A stretch of 64,000 nucleotides of DNA, taken from NCBI GenBank assembly GCA_951406725.2, contig OX597817.1:14694001-14758000 (forward strand). The letters are read 5' to 3'. Within the stretch, counting starts at the first letter, position 1. Each line of letters opens with the position of its first letter. Source of the DNA: Octopus vulgaris (Eukaryota). The notes beneath the pieces were generated by a model. It did no database searches. It had not been told where the DNA came from and saw only the letters and a program-made list of their open reading frames with translations. The position numbers and the translations under genes are program-made. Positions 1 through 12,975 of the stretch are shown one piece after another.

Positions 1-8
1 TATATATA

Positions 9-850
9 TACTTTATTTAAAAGCAGCAGAAATATAACAAAAGCTGTTACTCAGAGTTTGTGTGTATATTTAGATCTTACATATATATTTCTGCATATGT
101 ATGCAGTCTGTATATATCCATGTGTATTTTCATGTATATATGTATATTGCTGGTTTAGTATGCATATATACTGTTGTAAAATATTTAAATTTTTAATATA
201 TTAATTGTATTAATTGAATTATATTTCATATATAATTATTGACAATATGTATTTTGAATCCACTCTTCGATTTAAGGTTTTTCCTGAATTTTTTGCAATA
301 GGATGAATTTATATTGAATTCATTTATTTCGTTTATTTTGTTTATCGCATGCTTAAGACCGTTATTTGAAAGGACCAATGAAACAAATCCATTTTTAAAG
401 GTGTATCCTTTAACTAGATTTGATCATATTGTTATATCTGTACTATTTTAACAAAACTGTCAAACAAACGGGAATGCGAAACTCTGAGTAACAGCTTTTG
501 TTATATTTCTGCTGCTTTTAAATAAAGCATATTACTCTACCACTGGTATTTGAGTACTCTTTTTTCCACCTTGTTTCACATCTATGTGCTTACTCCGGTA
601 TATATTTATATATATATATATTTCCTGCCAATTCATCATGTTGAACTATTAGCCCCTATACATTTTTTCTCTCTCCATTTTTTTTTTTTCATTCTCTCCC
701 CGGTTGTTTTTTTTCCTCTCAATCCTTTCTGTCGAAGAGTGTAAGCTTAAAACGTAAAAGACTTTTCCATTCTTCCCAAGCGTTAAACTAATACACCTCC
801 TTGTTGCTTCTTCATCTGCCTTCGTTTTTTTGTTTTCTGTAAATTTTAGC
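9..850. mobile_element. Degenerate Penelope-like terminal fragments
   Basis: 9-58 is the reverse complement of about 479-531; decayed hammerhead skeletons at 457-494 and 724-762; the second family recurs on the minus strand at about 31980-32160. Confidence 0.5.
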
Positions 851-1479
851 TATATATATATATATACACCTACATATGTATATACATAAATACATTTATA
901 CATATACATACATTTGTGTGCCTGTGTGTGTATGGAACTTTTCTATGGTGGCATGTTGTGGGGACTGAACCTGAAACCATGTGGTTGAAATGCAAAATTC
1001 TCAACCACACAGCCATGTCTGTCTATGAGTACATTTTTGTGTTTGTATGTCTGTGTGTGCAGGCATGCTTTATATAGAAGCCCTGTATGGCTGATTCCAT
1101 CTCTCCACATAAGCATGTCCAAGCTGTTTATTAATTACCTATTTGGAAGCAAGTGGGGACTGGAAACACAAAGTGCTTCTGACCATAGAAAACTCTACCC
1201 CAATGTACTTTCATCCGGCCCATGCGAACATGGAAAAATAGACATTAAAATGGTGATGGCAGGGAAGGGTGATCAGAGTTTAGGATTAGCTGGCTGTGGC
1301 AAGAACTACTATGTGGAATTAAATTATCTTAGTTTTGATATGATTTCTAAATGCAGAAAAAGGGAAAAATATTTTTTTGTAGATGAAATTGTTTGAGGAC
1401 AATTGTAAATAGTACTTAAAAGACGTGGGGCAATTTCTATAATTTCAGGTAGATATTTGTAGACACATGCAGTGCTAAG

Positions 1480-1905
1480 AGCACCATCTGAGCGTGATCG
1501 TTGCCAGAGAAACAAACTGGCTTCCGTGCCAGTGGCACGTTAAAAGCACCATCCAAGCATGATCGTTACCAGCGTTGCCTTACTGGCACATGAAAAAAAT
1601 ATTCGAGTGAGGTCATTGCCAGTTCCGCTGGACTAGCTTCTGTACAGGTGGCATGTAAAAAACACCACTTGAGCGTGGCTGTTGCCAATACTGCCTGACT
1701 GACCCTCGGGCCGGTGGCACGTAAAAGCACCCACTACACTCTCAGAGTGGTTGGCATTAGAAAGGGCATCCAGCTGTAGAAACTCTGCTAGATCAGATTG
1801 GAGCCTAGTGCAGCCATATGGTTCACCAGACCTCAGTCAAATCTGCCAACCCATGCAACTAGCATGGAAAGCAGACGTTAAACGATGATGATGATGATGA
1901 TGATG
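1480..1905 (+). mobile_element. RTE-type 3'UTR element with (GAT)n tail
   Basis: TGGCACGTAAAAGCACC sub-repeats, GGTTGGCATTAGAAAGGGCATCCAGC, GACGTTAAACGATGATGAT. Further copies at about 3598-3870, 11229-11420, 15730-15965, 37558-37907, 41348-41582, 46585-46890, 57412-57545 (plus) and 27890-28015, 35133-35430, 38443-38840, 41598-41915, 59924-60460 (minus). Confidence 0.8.
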
Positions 1906-2211
1906 ACACACATTTTATTGAATGACACAAAACAGGAATTACATAATCACCTTCATTAGCCTACAGCTGTTTCAGCTATAAGATGTTGCACAAACATTCA
2001 GCTCTGAGAACACTGCTTCTTATAACAGAAATTAATGAAATGAACCAATGAAGTTGATTACATGATTCCAGTTCCCTTGCCATTCAAGAACTTATGCTAT
2101 ACTCTCTCCTCCTCTAATGCTTTATTCTAAATCTCATGTATATTGAGTTCTAACAATTGGTCATTAGTATCTCTGCGCCTAAGGAAAATCATAAAAAGCA
2201 TACATATATAT

Positions 2212-2508
2212 GCGCAGGAGTGGCTGTGTGGTAAGTAGCTTGCTTACCAACCACATGGTTCCACGTTCAATCCCACTGCGTGACATATTGGGCAAGTGTC
2301 TTCTGGTATAGCCTCGGGCCGATCAATGCCTTGTGAGTGGATTTGGTAGACGGAAACTGAAAGAAGCCTGTCGTATATATGTATATATATGTGTATGTGT
2401 GTGTATATGTTTGTCTGTGTTTGTCCTTCTAGCATTGCTTGACAACCGATGCTGGTGTGTTTACGTCCCCGTCACTTAGCGGTTCAGCAAAAGAGACCGA
2501 TAGAATAA
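2212..2508 (+). mobile_element. tRNA-headed SINE family A, 3'-truncated
   Basis: GCGCAGGAGTGGCTGTGTGGTAAG head, B-box-like GTTCAATCCC, internal TA/TG microsatellite. Confidence 0.85.
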
Positions 2509-3016
2509 GGTGTGTGTTGTATGGTTTGAAAGGAACTGATGTGTCCAAGGACTGCATCAAACTCTGTCTGATTTGGCATGGTTTTTATAGTTAAATGTCC
2601 TTCTTAATGCCGACCACTTTACAGTGTAGATGGATGCTTTTTTTTCATGCCACCTGCACTGCTGAGGTTGCCATGCAGTTTGCAGGACTATGAGCCCTAA
2701 GGTTGGCTAGGAGGTGAGGGAATTACTATGAGAGAAAGGAGCAGAGCAGGTCCCTGCAAATGTATCTGCATGGCAGCTCCACAAAAGAAAAAGAAAAATA
2801 TCAGAGAGAAAATAATCAATTGGAACAGCAAGACATGGAGCTCATTACTTGCCTTGATAAAGTAAGATATCTCAGCAAAAGATAAGTTTAAATCAAGAAG
2901 AGTTCCGACCATTCATGTAAACATGAATTTGGAAAAACATTTCAACAGCTATTCTTATGAAATAAAGAAAACACAGAAAATAGGGGGAAATTTAGAGTAT
3001 AAACAGATATACAAAC

Positions 3017-3080
3017 CTCTCGTAGAGTAACATTTTCTAGGATGGTTCCAAATCCAGGTATTGTAGCAATTCTTACAGAA
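3017..3080 (-). CDS. RELCH: RELCH-like exon (64 nt), last seen in window
   Basis: ttctttttgtag acceptor, gtttgt donor; (V)SVRIATIPGFGTILENVTLRE (cf. RELCH SVRIATIPAFGTIMETVTQRE). Confidence 0.92.
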
Positions 3081-5063
3081 CTACAAAAAGAAAAATTTTT
3101 CAAAATATCAAAAATATAAATTACTTTCTACATATATGAATATACTAATATTTAAGAAAAAAAAACTTAATAAATATATGTAAATAAAGTCATTTAAGAT
3201 TGTTGAAATATTCCTGAATTTCTAATTTCCTTTCACATTATATTTTAAAGAATTTCAACTCAATATTTAATCATGTAGATATTCAAAAGCCAATCCCTTT
3301 CCATTAAATTCTGGATGAAAATGAAAACAAAGCTAATGATAAATAAATATTTCAATTCCAGTTATAGAAATTTTACTGGATTTTCGTAGAATCAATTCAA
3401 ATAATAACCTCTATAAGCAGCAGCAGTTTAGCCCTTGTGATACCAGTCTACCTGAGACCACTACAGATTCTATGATGCAAACTTCCTGCTCTGAAGCGAT
3501 CTAAATTAAATCAAAATTCCATCAAAATTTCATGTAAATTTGTGCCAAACACCAGCTTAATAATGACAATGCTATTTTCCTGAATTCTTCATTATTTTCA
3601 GCGCCGCCTTGGCTGGCTTCCGTGCCAGTGGCACGTTAAAAGCACCAACCGATCGTGGCCGATGCCAGACCCCCCTGGCACCTGTGCAGGTGGCACGTAA
3701 AAAGCACCCACTACACTCATGGAGTGGTTGGCGTTAGGAAGGGCATCCAGCCGTAGAAACACTGCCAGATCAGACTGGAGCCTGGTGCAGCCCCTGGCTT
3801 CCCAGACCCCGGTCGAACCATCCAACCCATGCTAGCGCGGAAAACGGACGTTAAACGATGATGATGATGAAACAAATGGAGTGTATTTCAACAGAAATGT
3901 GGGAACAAAAGAGTTAATATCCAGTTTTACCATGATGAAGTACCCACTCGGTTTTCTACCATCTATATCTATCCATTCATCTGTGATGTCTAACCTTTGA
4001 AACCCTAACCCAAGAAGCTTACACCATCTCCACCTTGACAACTCTCCACTATTAGCTCTTGTTACTTTCTTCACTTAATTTCACTCATTCAGTTTCATTA
4101 CCCTAAGTCCAACTTTCTTCACTCTAAGCCAACTACATCATTAACTGGGTTCTGAAGTGACCACATGGTTGTGAAGTGACCACACACACACACACACACA
4201 CACATCCACACACACACACACACACACAATCTCTAACTTAAAGCAAATGATGCATAAAAAGGAGATTAACTGAAAAATCAATGAAGGTAAGATAAAAATA
4301 TTGTCAATTATTCTTATGAATGCAGAAAAGCTTGACTCAGAACTAAATGGATTGCCATTAGAGAAGTTCAGCATCTCTCTCTCTCTCTCCCTCTCTCTTT
4401 CTCTCCCTCCCTCCTTTCTCTCCCTCACTCCTTTCTCTCTCATTTTTATTCATAATGATCTCTATAGAACTGAAATCAAACATCAAATTGACATTACAGG
4501 AATAGAATTGTGATACATCAGCAATGTTAAAGTGCATACCATGACTAAGTCAGAAAATTCCCCTTAAACAAAAACAAAAAGCTTTCAACAACTCTCTATT
4601 GTTATAAGGCTGTCAACCAGCCCTTTCCATATTGAAGAATAAAACAATTTTAGCCATTGATAAATGATGCCTCAAGCAAGACATATCTATGTATTTCATT
4701 ACTATAGCTTATCATCATATCATGTTAAAGCTATGATGGATGAGTACTGAACAACCATCAATATCCAGCCCAGATATTAGTTTAACATTAAGTCAAAGTT
4801 GGTTAGTTTGTACAAGTTAACATCATATGGCTTAATCCGGAAGAATTCAGAATTACTTTTAGTCACTTAATATCCACTATTTGATTGCTGCAAAAAAAAG
4901 ACTGTTCTTTTGTCAGTGGAATCAATTAATTACAAAACACAGTAAAATTTGCAAAATACTGGTAATAAGTAAAATAAATATATTTCATTGGAAAATGTAT
5001 GAAAAAAAAAGCTTCCGGTGATAATGAAAAATCCTTTATTATAGAAGAACTAAATGAAACATA

Positions 5064-5285
5064 TTACTCTCTTTTACTCTCTTTTACTTGTTTCAGTCAT
5101 TTGACTGCGGCCATGCTGGAGCACCGCCTTTAGTCGAGCAAATCGACCTCGGTACTTATTCTTTGTAAGCCCAGTACTTATTCTATCGGTCTCTTTTGCC
5201 GAACCGCTAAGTGACAGGGACGTAAGCATACCAGCATTGGTTGTCAAGCAATGCTAGGGGGACAAACACAGACACACACACACAA

Positions 5286-5316
<31 letters not shown>

Positions 5317-5487
5317 CATATATACGACAGGCTTCTTTCAGTTTCCATCTACCAAATCCACTCACAAGGCATTGGTCGGCCCGGGGCTATAGCAGAAGAC
5401 ACTTGTCCAAGATGCCATGCAGTGGGACTGAACCCAGAACCATATGGTTGGTTAGCAAGCTACTTACCACACAGCCACTCCTGCGCC
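5064..5487 (-). mobile_element. SINE family A, full length
   Basis: Family A head, internal microsatellite, LINE-like tail GGCGGTGCTCCAGCATGGCC and (AAAAGAGT)n. Confidence 0.9.
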
Positions 5488-6814
5488 TATGTACACTAAC
5501 AGGATCTAGAGTACATACAGTCAAAGGAAACATGGAATGCCAGTCTTTGGCAATCAAGGTAAAAGGTTGAAGTTAATCAGAAAAAATGAACAAAGGACAA
5601 AAGTTAAAGAGGGGCCATTTTATAAACCATATCAAATTATGCAATTATAGCAAAAGAAACAAAATAAAAATTGAATCAATTCAGTATTACTTTTCTATAG
5701 TATGGTTGTATACTGTCAATCTAACGTGACAGTAGGGGATTACACCACCATTGTTTAGCCCTAGGAAGCATCGACGCTTCCTGATGGCTTTGACACATTT
5801 TTTTCTGTGTCCTTATATATTTACGAAGGGGAGACAAACACCCCCAGCAGCCAGGCCTGCATCTAGAGACACGCGTGTTTCAGGATCTTTGTCCACCATC
5901 GGTTAATTACTTAATAATGAAGCGCCAAGTCAATTTTTTTATTTCTATATTCACAACAATACTAAGTCAGAAAATGAGTAAAATATCATTCAGATTTACG
6001 ATATGCTTTTCAAGAAATTCTTTCAAATGTAATATGCACATTTAGGAGTGCAGGATTTGATGTACGTGTGTGCAATGTTGGACAAAGAAATGAAAGGAAA
6101 TGTCAGGTATATGGTAGGAAAAATCCCTTGCACTGCATCTGGGTGTCTGTGATGAAAATGGAGAATGCAAGTAGAATGAAAAGAGACCGAGAAATGGTAG
6201 TGGGTAGGATGACCTGGGGCTATGATGTGTATTGTATAACATGTACATCCAACCCATGCCAACATGGAAAAACAAAATAACAATAGGCATGATGATGATG
6301 ATGACAATGACGACGGCGTCAACAATACACATGATATTAATAATGATGATGATGATGATGATGGCAATGACAATAACATCAACAATATCAGTGACAATGA
6401 TGATGGTGATGAGGATGATCGCAAAGACAGTCACAGCAATGAAGAGGAGAATGTACAAGATTATAACTTCCTGGACTATTAATCTTCTTATCTTTAGTAG
6501 ATATATTAAAACATTTACTTCTAAACTCTGTTTCAACAGACTTGTTCTGTGATTGTCATCAATTGCCTTATTCTTGATGTATTTGTACAAATTCTCAGAC
6601 TGGCTCCAAACTCGAAACCTAAGGATAGTATTCTCCTTAGGAATATGACATCCAGTGACAAATTAAACTCAACCAATCAAAATGTAATATAGATGTGAAT
6701 GATTTTAAAATACAATCTAAGGATAAGATTAACAGTGCAGAAAAATTATAATGAAAATTATTAAACAAAGCATTTTGAACATTTAAACAACAATCAGTGA
6801 GAATTGTTTATATG

Positions 6815-7246
6815 GGCGCAGGAGTGGCTGTGTGGTAAGTAGCTTGCTAACCAACCACATGGTTCCGGGTTCACTCCCACTGTGTGGCATCTTGGGCAAG
6901 TGTCTTCTGCTATAGCCCCGGGCCGACCAATGTCTTGTGAGTGGATTTGGTAGACGGAAACTGAAAGAAGCCTGTCGTATATATGTATATATGTATATAT
7001 ATATATATAAGTGTGTGTGTGTATGTGTTTGTTTGTCTGTGTTTGTCCCTCTAGCATTGTTTGACAACCGATGCTGGTGTGTTTACGTCCCCGTCACTTA
7101 GCGGTTCGGCAAAAGAGACCGATAGAATAAGTACTGGGCTTACAAAGAATAAGTCCCGGGGTCGATTTGCTCGACTAAAGGCGGTGCTCCAGCATGGCCG
7201 CAGTCAAATGACTGAAACAAGTAAAAGAGTAAAAGAGCAAAGAGTA
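6815..7246 (+). mobile_element. SINE family A, full length
   Basis: Same head, body and tail as the other family A copies. Confidence 0.9.
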
Positions 7247-9420
7247 TGATAAAATTATCATATACATTAAAATAATCTCATAGTAGAAACCTAATGGTTA
7301 ACAGCCCTATACAAGACTACTGAAGTTTTAATCACAAAGTAACCAACAGGTAAAGCAACAGAATCAAGTTTTCAAAAAATTTTCCAGTATACAAGATTTT
7401 TTTCTATGAAGTGCAGACTAACACCTGAATGTAGTAAGCCATAAAGAATTTTCAATCAAATGAAATTACACTTGTAATGAGGGGAAAAAAGTAATTAAAG
7501 TTAATGAGGATTCTTGGCAAGAAGGGCGAAAGAAAGAATTATCAGAATCGAGAGATTAAGTTTTACAGTAGTAATAAAACATTTGATAATTAAATATTTT
7601 CTCTTTAAGTATAAAAATAAATAAGAATTAATCGATAACAGATTTCAGAAACCTTGTTTGTTAGATCTAGAACTTTTTTATCTCCCACAAGAAGAAAGAA
7701 TATAGCAAATATACACATATTGTAACATTGAAATAGCATAAAACTATTATGGGAGAATTAAAACCAAGCAGTGTTATATGCAAGATGTTGACAATTTTTA
7801 ATTGGTAACAAATTTATAATTAATTAACGGTAAAATTGTAGCTTTCACTTGTATCTATGAATCTCATATATCATCTGTAAAAGAAGCAAAAATAACATCT
7901 TCCAATAAAACTAAAACTGAAATATGACATTAAAATTTATGATAAATTCAGTTTCTAAAATGCTTAATCAATTTTAATTAAAATTAATGCGATATACTTT
8001 TTTTACTCTGATTATTACACCTGTTTATATTTGAATGTTTTCCAGTTATATGTATGCATGTATTTGGCAACAAGTTGACTTCAACTAACTAAAAGTTTTG
8101 AGGTCAGGTGTAAAATTATCTGAATATGGATCTATATATTTAAAACATTAATCTAATGAACTTTTTTTAAAGATTAAGCTAGAGTTGATTAAATAATACA
8201 GTTTCATACTATGTTGAGTGCAACGTGTGAGAGGTAAGAAAGCAAACATCAAGCATAACTCTTCTTACCTGACACTTAAAAACATTTTTTTTTTATTCAA
8301 AAACACTTAAATTTTTTCACTGAATATAACCATGTCAAAATGGAAATAAATTGAATAGGTTTTCCCAATAATTTCAAAAACAATTCAAAGAACACAAATT
8401 ATTGCAGTTTAAACTCAACCAGATGGATTTTTAAATATTAAAATATAGTATGCCACAAAACTGGGACAAATGTAAAATCTTTCCTGAAAATGTTCATATT
8501 TAATCAAAATCAAAATATAGAAATACTTATAAATGTCAAGAATACTTTAGTTTTTGTATATAGATACTAAATTGCTAGTGCAACGTGCTGAAAGCCATTT
8601 TAAGCATTGCAACTCCTTTAAAACTTCAAAATGTCAAGATAAATACTTTTTGCTCTTTTGCTTAAGAATTAGTGCAAGGAGCAGATATATATAGTTATTG
8701 TTTAAGCTCAAGTCAATGATGACCAAGCAGACCTATGATTAAAAGTATTTCACGCATGACAAGCCAAGCATTCAAGTATAATGGAAAGTACATGTGCCCT
8801 GTACTAGTGAATATCACAAAGAAGTAATGAGGAGAGAGTCAGAATAGATGATGTGACAACTTTAGTTACCTTAACTGGAAGTACTCTAAGGTAAACCAAA
8901 AACGATCTACTACTATCTCCAATCATATTGAAAGCATAGCTCAGTTAGAACTGAGAAGAGGATGGAGTGAATGAGAGACAAGGAATAGATATGGATGAAA
9001 GGATGTAATGTATGGCAAACAGAAGACAATCAACAAAGGCATAGGGAAGAGATAGTGCAATGTGCAGGGAAGAGAAGAGAGATCCACTGCCATCCTTAGT
9101 TACACCTACAGCACAGTACAGTACGATTAATAAAAGTGGGGAGTGATTGAGAGATGAGTGATAGGATATGGGCACAAGAAGCAAGAGATAAAAAGGCATA
9201 GGTGAAAAGGATATGGGTAACAGTGGTATGATGGGTAATATACAGATGAGCGATGAAGATGTGCGATGTGAAGGACAAGAGATAGATGGGTAAGTGATGT
9301 GGGTATTAGAGAGGTGAGCGGGTATCAAGAGATCAATGATGTAGACTAGACAGTAAGCAGACATGCATGTATATGTATGCATATGTTCAGCAATAAATGT
9401 CTGTATATACAAAAATATGT

Positions 9421-9730
9421 GGAGGCGCAATGGCCTAGTGGTTAGGGCAGCGGACTCGCGGTCGTAGGATCGCGGTTTCGATTCCCAGACCGGGCGTTGT
9501 GAGTGTTTATTGAGCGAAAACACCTAAAAAGCTCCACGAGGCTCCGGCAGGGGGTGGTGATCCCAGCTGTACTCTTTCACCACTCTTTCTCCCACTCTTT
9601 CTTCTGTTGGCCTGCTCGCTTAGCCAGCGGGGTGGCGTCATTTGAAGGCTAAAACAATGCGAACGCATTGTGACCAGCGATGTGTAACTACATCTGATGG
9701 ACTGGTCGGTCACGTGATGGTGATGGTGAT
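9421..9730 (+). mobile_element. tRNA-headed SINE family C, tail type 1
   Basis: GGAGGCGCAATGGCCTAGTGGTTAGG A-box and GGTTTCGATTCCC B-box; ends in GGTGAT repeats; second copy at 57553-57850 minus. Confidence 0.85.
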
Positions 9731-10087
9731 ATACATAAATATAATAATTTTAATGCCTGTTTTACCACATCCTAGTGGGCAGGCAGCTTTATTCCCACAC
9801 AATCCCATCAGTTAACACAGTCCTTTTTATCATCTCTTCCATGAGGTGTAATGGCTTCAGATCTGTCTGCACTTCTTTATCTCAAGTCACCATTGGTATC
9901 CATCTTCCATAGATTCCATTTACTTCAAGACCATGACACCCCTTCATATACATCACATGCCCATGCAGTCTTCTATCTTCCACACTGAACCAGATTTCTC
10001 TTATGGAGCATGCCCATCTCATTTCTTTCTAGCCATTGCAAATCTTCTAAGATCAAGGCTCATGTCACATTACAATGTAGTAAGGGG

Positions 10088-10468
10088 GAAGCACTTCGTC
10101 GGTTACGATGATGAGGGTTCCGGTTGATCCGAATCAACGGAACAGCCTGCTCGTGAAATTAACGTGTAAGTGGCTGAGCACTCCACAGACACGTGTACCC
10201 TTAACGTAGTTCTCGGGGATATTCAGCGTGACATAGAGAGTGACAAGGCCGGCCCTTTGAAATACAGGTACAACAGAAACAGGAAGTAAGAGTGAGAGAA
10301 AGTTGTGGTGAAAGAGTACAGCATGGATCACCACAATCCCTGCCAGAGCCTCATGGAGCTTTTAGGTGTTTCCGCTCAATAAACACTCACAACGCCCGGT
10401 CTGGGAATCGAAACCGCGATCCTATGACCGCGAGTCCGCTGCCCTAACCACTGGGCCATTGCGCCTCC
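10088..10468 (-). mobile_element. tRNA-headed SINE family C, tail type 2
   Basis: Same about 170-nt head as 9421 but a different 3' half. Confidence 0.85.
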
Positions 10469-10996
10469 GTAGTATCACACTTGACACAGAAGTACTCTGA
10501 TGGAGAAGCCCTTTGCTACCAACAGGTATAACAGCTCTCAGATCTTTCTCCAACTGGTTATTACTCTGGCTTCTATGCTCTCAGAACACCTGCCCCTGCA
10601 ACAAATTAGATCTCCACAACAACAGAAGCTATCAATTACTTTTAGAGATCCACTAGGGCAGTGGATGGACTCTACTTTGCAAGTTCTCTTAGGACTTCAG
10701 GTTCTTGTACATCAGCTGCATGTGAAGTTTACATTCTGTTACCTTAATTATTTTCCCACTACACCTCTTATGCATTCACGGTTAGCACTGGGTGTACCAT
10801 ATAAAATTCCTGTCAATCTTTTTTTTACATACCATGCAAGGACATTTTCCTGATGGCAGCAGGGTCCTCCCAGATCAGATTGTTTAAGAAAATGCATAAA
10901 AGAGATCCTCTTAATAAACTACAAACTTAAGAATCCAGCTGTATGAATGCAAGTCATATCCATATGTATTTAGTATCAGTATCTAATTTGACCCTA

Positions 10997-11211
10997 AGGC
11001 AGTGAACAGGCAGAATCATTAGCATGCTGGCCAAAATGCTTAGCAGCATTTCGTCTGTCCTTACGTTCTGAGTTCAAACTCTACCAAGGTCAACTTTGCC
11101 TTTCATTCTTTCAGGGTCAGTAAAATAAGTACCGGTTGAGCACTAGGGTCAAAGTAATCAACTATCCCCATCCCCTAAAATTTCAGCCCTTGGGCCTATA
11201 GTAGAAAGGAA
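10997..11211 (+). mobile_element. SINE family B (Meta-domain-like core) with 17-bp TSD
   Basis: GAGTTCAAA B-box, GCCTTTCATTCTTTCAGGGTC..TAAGTACC core; TATCTAATTTGACCCTA at 10980-10996 and 11212-11228. Confidence 0.82.
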
Positions 11212-11619
11212 TATCTAATTTGACCCTATGCAGGTGGCACGTAAAAAGCACCCACTACACTCGCGGAGTGGTTGGCGTTAGGAAGGGCATCCAGCTGTAG
11301 AAACTCTGCCAGATCAGACTGGAGCCTGGTGCAGCCCCTGGCTTCCCAGACCCCGGTCGAACCGTCCAACCCATGCTAGCGAGGAAAACGGACGTTAAAC
11401 GATGATGATGATGATGATGAAAGGCCTTTTTGGTAGCTTGAAATAAGAATCAAACTGACCAGGTTTGATTCACCAAGGTTCGTTTATGTCTCTCTTCCAA
11501 GATACCAAGCAATAGTAACAAGACGCTACTTATGAAAAAGTAAACGAAACAGTGATTACTACAATTCATTATTATAATGATACAATAATGACAATCCAAC
11601 AACAATTACCTGAGTGATA

Positions 11620-11933
11620 CAGTTCTATATTCAAGAGATGAGGAATTATGTACATTATTTACATTTGACGGACATTTGTCCTCATCTTGATTGTTGTTAA
11701 CACATTTCGGCTGATATACCCTCCAGCCTTCATCAGGTGTCTTGGGGAAATTTCGAACCTGGGTTCTCATTCCTAAGGTATTTTTCAATGCTATTATTAT
11801 TACTATTGTTATTATTATTATTATTATTCAGGTCACTGCCTGGAATTGAACTCGGAATCTTGGGGTTAGTAGCCCGCACTCTTAACCAGTGGTTAAGAAC
11901 AAGGGCTACTAATCCCAAGATTCCAGGCAGTGA

Positions 11934-11975
<42 letters not shown>

Positions 11976-12198
11976 CAATAATAATAATAACAACAATAAT
12001 AATAATAACAACAACAACAACAACAATAGTAATAATAATAACAACAACAACAATAGTAATAATAATAACATAGAAAAATACCTTACGAATGAGAAATTTC
12101 CCCAAGACCCCTGATGAAGGCTGGAGGGTATATCAGCCGAAACGTTGTGCTAACAGCAAACAAGATGAGGACAAATATCCGTCAAATGTAAATAAAGT
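11620..12198. mobile_element. Head-to-head pair of an element with tRNA-like head, (AAT)n spacer and hammerhead-like tail
   Basis: Palindromic about CTTAACCAGTGGTTAAG (11881-11897); each arm has TGGTTAAG, (AAT/AAC)n and CTGATGA-a-ggctg..cagcc-GAAA. Confidence 0.7.
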
Positions 12199-12715
12199 AA
12201 ATTAGCTGAGTGCTGATAAAACATGGTTTGCAAATGAATAAGTATATAGAGTCATATTTATACTTATTTGGTACTAATGTGAAATAAGATCCCATGTGTT
12301 GCATTTTTGACAATTCTATTTACATTTTAACAAGTCACCCTCTGTAACTAAGGCTCAGCATCTTGGAAAGGAGAATTAAACAAATCCTGGTGAGTTGTTA
12401 AAAAAAAACAATATACAGCCAGTCAGCTCAATCTTAATCCAAGCTATTGGAAACGCACTCCGAAGTCCATATATTTAGCTATCCATGATCAATATTGTAT
12501 TAGTACTCTAGTATTAATACAATCTTTTCTTCTTTTACTTGTTTCAGTCATTGGACTGCAGCCTTACTGGGGTATCACTTTGAACAGTCTAGTAGAACAA
12601 ATCAAGACTAGTACTAATTTTACAAGTCTCTTTTTGCCAGACCTCTAGGTTACACGGACATAAACAAACCAACACCAGATGTCAAGGAGATGGGAGAGGA
12701 CAAACACAAATATAT

Positions 12716-12747
<32 letters not shown>

Positions 12748-12975
12748 CTGGCTCCCCCCCACACAGTTTGCATCTACCAAATTCACTCACAAGGAATGGG
12801 TTGGCCCAGTACTACAGTAGACAACATTTACGCAAGCTGCTGCAGAATGGAACGGAATCCAAAATGACACAGTTGTGATGCAAACTTCTTAACCATACAG
12901 CCATGTGCAGTTATAGTCAAGGTATTTGATTTATATCCTATGACCCAAAATTAAAAGAGAGCAGATATGGTATAA

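Noticed and set aside
1950-2035. Possible minus-strand hammerhead (GAAA-cagctg-TA with tataaga/tcttata stem)
   Set aside because: The CUGANGA half and stem I partner are missing; at most a truncated remnant.
6023-6660. Overlapping ORFs (acidic D/N-rich, or hydrophobic on minus) and a possible exon ending at a gtaaat donor
   Set aside because: Degenerate GAT/AAT low-complexity tract; no recognisable homology; the RELCH exons on either side already join in frame.
9421-9495. tRNA gene
   Set aside because: A/B boxes are present but it is the head of a multi-copy SINE; no clean acceptor stem or Pol III terminator.
11733-12114. Poly-Leu / poly-Asn ORFs
   Set aside because: Translation of (AAT/AAC)n microsatellites within the palindromic element.
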